64,000 bases of DNA from Candidatus Heimdallarchaeota archaeon (GTDB lineage Archaea > Asgardarchaeota > Heimdallarchaeia > JABLTI01): assembly GCA_018238155.1 (NCBI GenBank), contig JABCTZ010000025.1, forward strand, positions 50,780 to 114,779. The letters are read 5' to 3'. Below are positions 59,448 to 64,000 of the stretch, piece by piece; within the stretch, counting starts at the first letter, position 1; every line of letters begins with the position of its first letter. Position numbers and translations under genes: made by a program. The notes under the pieces were generated by a model. The model was not told the DNA's origin and did not search any database. It worked only from the letters and a program-made list of their open reading frames with translations.

Positions 59448-62099
59448 ATGTTAAAATCTTATTTATCTTCAACTAGAAAGAGTAAATTTGGGAGTAAAGC
59501 AAATAAGAGATTACTCATTATTTTCTTTATAAATATGCTTTTATTGATTGCTACACCATTAAAGAGCTCGGCATTCAATAATTTTGCTGGAGAGACCACA
59601 ACGATCGATTCAATAATTGATCCGGACTATACAATAGATGCTATACCTTTTCCAGAATCACAACCAATAAGAGTTGCGATATATGATGAACAAAACATGA
59701 CCGCTCCAAGTTATGATACAAGTGGAGGTTCTAGTAGCAACAATATTTCAAATCTTGTTAATATTCTATCAGTAAATGAACAAATAGAATTTACAATAGT
59801 TAGTGCACTTGATATCAATAATCGAGTGTTGACAACAGCAGATTTTGATGTTTTTGCAATGGTCGACAATAATCCCAGAGAATATATAACAAATATGGTT
59901 AATGATTTCTGGCTTGCAGGTGGAGGAATAATTACTTTCGATGGCGCAGCTGTATTTCTGAATTATTTTGGGATTCTCCCTCCAGAAGCAGCAACAACAA
60001 GTGGACTGCCTCTCTATTGGGATTTCGATTCGGAAGGTTTCAATATAACTGCTCGACATCCTATAGCAAAAGCTTACGATTTGGAGACAAGCATAAAAAC
60101 TAAAGACACATACGGCTATTGTTCATGGGATTGGTCAATACTATCTGGTTCAGCAATTGCTGACGATTTAACGCCAGTTGCATATAGTTTTCAAGATGCA
60201 AACGAAATTTCAGTACTAGCTTTTGAACCAATGAATCGTGGTGGAAAAGTGGTCACAATTGGTTTTGATCTTAATCATGAAGAAATTCCAGAGCTGGATC
60301 AGCTCATTCGAGATTCTGTTGATTGGTTAACTCCACGCCCTAAAGCAAAGATTGCTTTTGATATGTCACACAAACCTCATGCAAGTATTGATACATGGGA
60401 TACATATTCAACAACTCCTGGCAAATATTCTACTATGAGAGATCTCTTTGTTGGTAGTGGTTATACTGTCGACAAGTTGTATGGAGTTCCATCTGGAGAT
60501 AATTTCACAATTGAAAGATTAAGTAAATATGATATGCTTATATGTGTGGCACCAAATTTGAACTATACTTCAGGAGAAGTAGTAGCTGTAGAAAATTGGG
60601 TTGCAAATGGGGGTTCATTACTTGCTGTTAGTGATAATCCAACAATTTTCTTTACGGAAAAAGCTAAGCGAATGAACTATTTAACAAATCCTTATGGTAT
60701 GGTTGTGATACCTGGAAGTATGATGAACACTATCTTTACTGATTTCGTGAAGCATCCCACAACTGAAGGTGTGAGTGATATTAATTTCCCCAATTATGGC
60801 TATATCAATATCACTGGTTCAGCAGAGTTAATATGGAGCAAAGATCCTCACACAAATATTGTCGTTGCAAGCAACGAGCATGGCGAAGGAAGAGTTGTTT
60901 ATACTTCAGATCTTGACTGGTTCCAAGAAAGTTATATTGGAAATTCTGATAATGAACAATTTATACTCAATTTAGCAAATTGGCTATCAGCCGCAACGGC
61001 AGATGTATTAATTTACTCAGACGGGTTTATAGCTCTAAATATTTATAATTGTCCTTTAGCTTTAGCATTGAATGATCTTGGCATCAATTATTACTTAACG
61101 AGTTATTTTGATAATCCAAAACATGATTATTTCAACATGTTACTCAATAAATATGATTGGGATATGGTTATAATCAATAATCCAAGTCAAGCTGGTTTAG
61201 ATAATTATCTCAATGAAATTGAAAGCTATGTTGACTCAGGGGGAAAGTTGATCATGTCATATTTTAATGTTGATAATGATGACACACATCCACTCTGGGC
61301 AAAACTTGGTTTCGAGTATGTTTCAACATTTACCAATGAGCCACCAGTCTATATTTGGGATTCAGATCATCCAATTTTCAATCAACCATTTGATTATAAC
61401 GCAGCGAATTTTTCCTACGGAAATTCTTTTACCGATGATGGTGATAGACTATCTGTTTTACCTAATGGTATTCCATTGGCAGGATTAACTACTACAGAAA
61501 CAACAGGAGAAGCAATAATTGTTCTTAGAAATGATGAACAAACACTCTATAATGGTTATTTAATTGATGAATATACTATAGACATCGACGATTCAACCTA
61601 TGCTGATAACTTTGAGCTCTGGAAAAATGAAATTGCTTTTATGATGTGTCCTAAACTAGAATACAATTTTGGTACCCCAACTGAAGCAACTGTTCTAGAT
61701 ACTATACAAGTCAATGTAAGTATAACGAACCAAGGATTAAGTGCAGCAGAACTTGGTTTCATTGACATATCAATACCTGTTGGACTTGGGAATACTACGG
61801 ATAATTTATCTAACGAATTCAATATTCACAAAGGAGCAACTCATGAAGCTACTTGGACCATTAATACACAAACTGTTGGCAATTACACAATCAGCTTTGA
61901 ATCTTCCTACCAAGGCTATTTGGGCACAATTTACAGTGTTACTTTCGAATTGGACATCAGTATTACAACCACCACACATTCTGGTTTAAATTTACCATGG
62001 TACTATTATGTTATTGGTGGGGGTGTTTTACTAATAATTATCTTGATTATTGTTGTTGCTACTGTAGTCAGTAAGAAGAAAAAAGCATCTCAAGCATAA
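59448..62099 (+). CDS. Large surface protein with repeated GATase-like (DUF4350-type) domains, Ig-like domain and C-terminal TM
   Basis: WVANGGSLL, GEGRVV..SD..F..DN.QFILN..WL; TM + KKKK. Confidence 0.8.
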   Translation: MLKSYLSSTRKSKFGSKANKRLLIIFFINMLLLIATPLKSSAFNNFAGETTTIDSIIDPDYTIDAIPFPESQPIRVAIYDEQNMTAPSYDTSGGSSSNNISNLVNILSVNEQIEFTIVSALDINNRVLTTADFDVFAMVDNNPREYITNMVNDFWLAGGGIITFDGAAVFLNYFGILPPEAATTSGLPLYWDFDSEGFNITARHPIAKAYDLETSIKTKDTYGYCSWDWSILSGSAIADDLTPVAYSFQDANEISVLAFEPMNRGGKVVTIGFDLNHEEIPELDQLIRDSVDWLTPRPKAKIAFDMSHKPHASIDTWDTYSTTPGKYSTMRDLFVGSGYTVDKLYGVPSGDNFTIERLSKYDMLICVAPNLNYTSGEVVAVENWVANGGSLLAVSDNPTIFFTEKAKRMNYLTNPYGMVVIPGSMMNTIFTDFVKHPTTEGVSDINFPNYGYINITGSAELIWSKDPHTNIVVASNEHGEGRVVYTSDLDWFQESYIGNSDNEQFILNLANWLSAATADVLIYSDGFIALNIYNCPLALALNDLGINYYLTSYFDNPKHDYFNMLLNKYDWDMVIINNPSQAGLDNYLNEIESYVDSGGKLIMSYFNVDNDDTHPLWAKLGFEYVSTFTNEPPVYIWDSDHPIFNQPFDYNAANFSYGNSFTDDGDRLSVLPNGIPLAGLTTTETTGEAIIVLRNDEQTLYNGYLIDEYTIDIDDSTYADNFELWKNEIAFMMCPKLEYNFGTPTEATVLDTIQVNVSITNQGLSAAELGFIDISIPVGLGNTTDNLSNEFNIHKGATHEATWTINTQTVGNYTISFESSYQGYLGTIYSVTFELDISITTTTHSGLNLPWYYYVIGGGVLLIIILIIVVATVVSKKKKASQA

Positions 62100-62107
62100 T
62101 TTTTAAA

Positions 62108-62140
62108 GGAGGAAAATTCCTCCAACAATTATTTTTTTTA
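62108..62140 (+). terminator. Putative terminator
   Basis: GGAGGAA-aa-TTCCTCC hairpin 8 nt after the stop, followed by a T-tract. Confidence 0.5.
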
Positions 62141-62344
62141 TTAGAAGCAACTTCTAAAGCATTGACAATATTTCTTCTTAAAGGAGCTATTGTTTAATTT
62201 AGATAGTCAAGTTCAAATTTTCTGTCGTTATTTATAGTTAAAAATTAATTTTTTGATTTTATAATCAATTTTTGCTCTGATGCAGATGATTTAAAAGTGT
62301 TAAAAATAACTTTGATTTCTCAAATATAGTAGGTGTAAAAAAAT

Positions 62345-64000
62345 TTGTTTAAACAAAAAATTTCTTCAAATGTTATGAATAGGGTAAAGGGTAAAGCTGT
62401 TAAGAGAATACTCATACTTATCTTTATTATTATGCTTTTATCACTAACCTCTCCGATAAAAAACTCGGCAATTTATGGAATAAAGAGCGAAATTATGTCA
62501 ATTGATTCAATAATTGATCCTAACTATACAATAGATGCTATACCTTTTCCAGAATCACGACCAATAAGAGTTGCGATATATGATGAACAAAACATGACTG
62601 CTCCAAGTTATGATAATAGTCTCGGTATTAACAATAACAATGTCTCACATCTTGTTAATATTTTATCAACAAACGAACAAATAGACATTACAATTGTAAC
62701 TGCTCAAGATATTTTTAATCGAGTATTAAATACCGCAAACTTTGATGTTTTTGCAATGGTCGATAATAACCCTCGAGAAAAAATCACAAACATGGTTGGT
62801 GATTTCTGGCTTGCTGGTGGAGGATTAATAGCTTTCGATGGGTCAGCGGCATTTCTAGGTTATTTTGGAATACTCCCTCCTGAAGCAATTGGAACAGATG
62901 GATATCCTGCTTATTGGAATTATGGTGCAGATAATTACAAGATAGCCAATCGTCATCCAGTATCAAAAGCTTACGCTTTAGATACAAACATATTGGCAAA
63001 TAGTGGATATATCTACTGTTCATGGGATTGGACAGCACTATCAGGTTCAGTAATTGCAAGCGATTTAATACCAATAGCACATAGCACAAGTAGTACAAAT
63101 GATATCACAATATTAGCTTTGGACCCAACAGATCGTGGTGGAAAAGTGGTTAGTGTTTGTTTTGATCTTGTTAATGATGAAATTCCATCGCTTGATCAAC
63201 TCATTCGTGATGCTGTTGACTGGTTAGCTCCTCAACCAAAAGCAAAAATTGCTTTCGATATGTCACACAAACCTCATTCAAGTATTGATTCGTGGGATAC
63301 TTATTCTCATTATCCTGGTAGATATGAAATTATGAGAAATTTATTAGTTAGTCATGGATACACTGTTGACAAGTTATTCGATGTTCCATCTGGAGATAAT
63401 TTCACAATTGAAAGATTGAATAAATATGATATGCTCATGTGTATATCACCAGATATAAACTATACTGCAGGAGACCTTACAGCTATGGAAGAATGGGTTG
63501 CAGACGGAGGTTCTCTACTTGCAGTTGGTGATAATCCAATTTTTAATAATATAAAAGGTGCTGATCAGATCAACTCTCTTGTGAATCCATTTGAGATGTC
63601 GATTGTGAAGGGAGTATTAACCATCAGAACCTTTACTGAATTCACAAAACATCCCACAACAGAAGGAGTATCATTTCTCCGCCAAGTATTCTTTGGTTAT
63701 ATCAATATCACAGGCTCAGCAGTTCCAATTTGTAGTGATGATCCTCTAACAAATATCGTTGTTGCGAGTAATGAACATGGTGAAGGACGAGTTATTCTCT
63801 CATCAGACATTACTTGGTTCCAAGATTCATATATAGCAGAGGATGATAATGAGCAGTTTATACTCAATTTAGCGAATTGGCTTTCTGCTGCAACAGCAGA
63901 TGTATTGATATATGTAGATTGGAATATGAGTCCAAATTACTATAAAACTCCAGTAACATTAGCATTGAATGATCTAGGTATCAATTATTACTTGACAAGT
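62345..64000 (+). CDS. Tandem paralog of 59448-62099 (partial, runs off the window end)
   Basis: TTG 62345 or ATG 62375; IDSIIDPNYTIDAIPFPESRPIRVAIYDEQNMTAPSYD nearly identical to the upstream gene; absent from the ORF track. Confidence 0.88.
   Translation, partial: MFKQKISSNVMNRVKGKAVKRILILIFIIMLLSLTSPIKNSAIYGIKSEIMSIDSIIDPNYTIDAIPFPESRPIRVAIYDEQNMTAPSYDNSLGINNNNVSHLVNILSTNEQIDITIVTAQDIFNRVLNTANFDVFAMVDNNPREKITNMVGDFWLAGGGLIAFDGSAAFLGYFGILPPEAIGTDGYPAYWNYGADNYKIANRHPVSKAYALDTNILANSGYIYCSWDWTALSGSVIASDLIPIAHSTSSTNDITILALDPTDRGGKVVSVCFDLVNDEIPSLDQLIRDAVDWLAPQPKAKIAFDMSHKPHSSIDSWDTYSHYPGRYEIMRNLLVSHGYTVDKLFDVPSGDNFTIERLNKYDMLMCISPDINYTAGDLTAMEEWVADGGSLLAVGDNPIFNNIKGADQINSLVNPFEMSIVKGVLTIRTFTEFTKHPTTEGVSFLRQVFFGYINITGSAVPICSDDPLTNIVVASNEHGEGRVILSSDITWFQDSYIAEDDNEQFILNLANWLSAATADVLIYVDWNMSPNYYKTPVTLALNDLGINYYLTS

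Noticed and set aside
62784-63098. 104-aa minus ORF
   Set aside because: Antisense to the partial surface-protein paralog
1-64000. Genome-wide stop-codon reassignment
   Set aside because: TGA, TAA and TAG all terminate well-conserved genes at the expected positions

Overview
AT-rich (roughly 30% GC by eye), gene-dense archaeal chromosomal segment. The gene content points to an Asgard archaeon, probably Heimdallarchaeia-like (inference): TPR proteins with C-terminal longin-like domains, a folliculin/uDENN-like longin, a gelsolin-like+RING protein, a 22-aa LRR protein, GGTGA-type SD motifs, and many surface proteins with a C-terminal TM plus basic tail. About 60 CDSs are present: sensor kinases, ABC systems, a tungsten AOR operon, SDRs and surface proteins. 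No rRNA, tRNA, CRISPR array or transposase was seen; only the 3' end of a tyrosine recombinase at the left edge. Most notable: (1) a co-oriented cluster of TPR-longin x2, folliculin-like longin-Zn and a stand-alone V4R (21155-27739); (2) an unannotated run of three ~35-aa ORFs with SD motifs between two paralogous wHTH regulators, sharing a TTCTCA-N6-TGAGAA palindrome with the promoter of a peptide-binding ABC protein; (3) a hidden Fe-S domain fragment with TGA at two Cys-ligand positions; (4) an N-myristoyltransferase-like double GNAT; (5) a CBS protein with a ~490-aa (EAAAK)-like helix, translationally coupled to a cation/H+ antiporter; (6) many duplication and deletion scars. All family calls come from motif recognition; no database searches were run.
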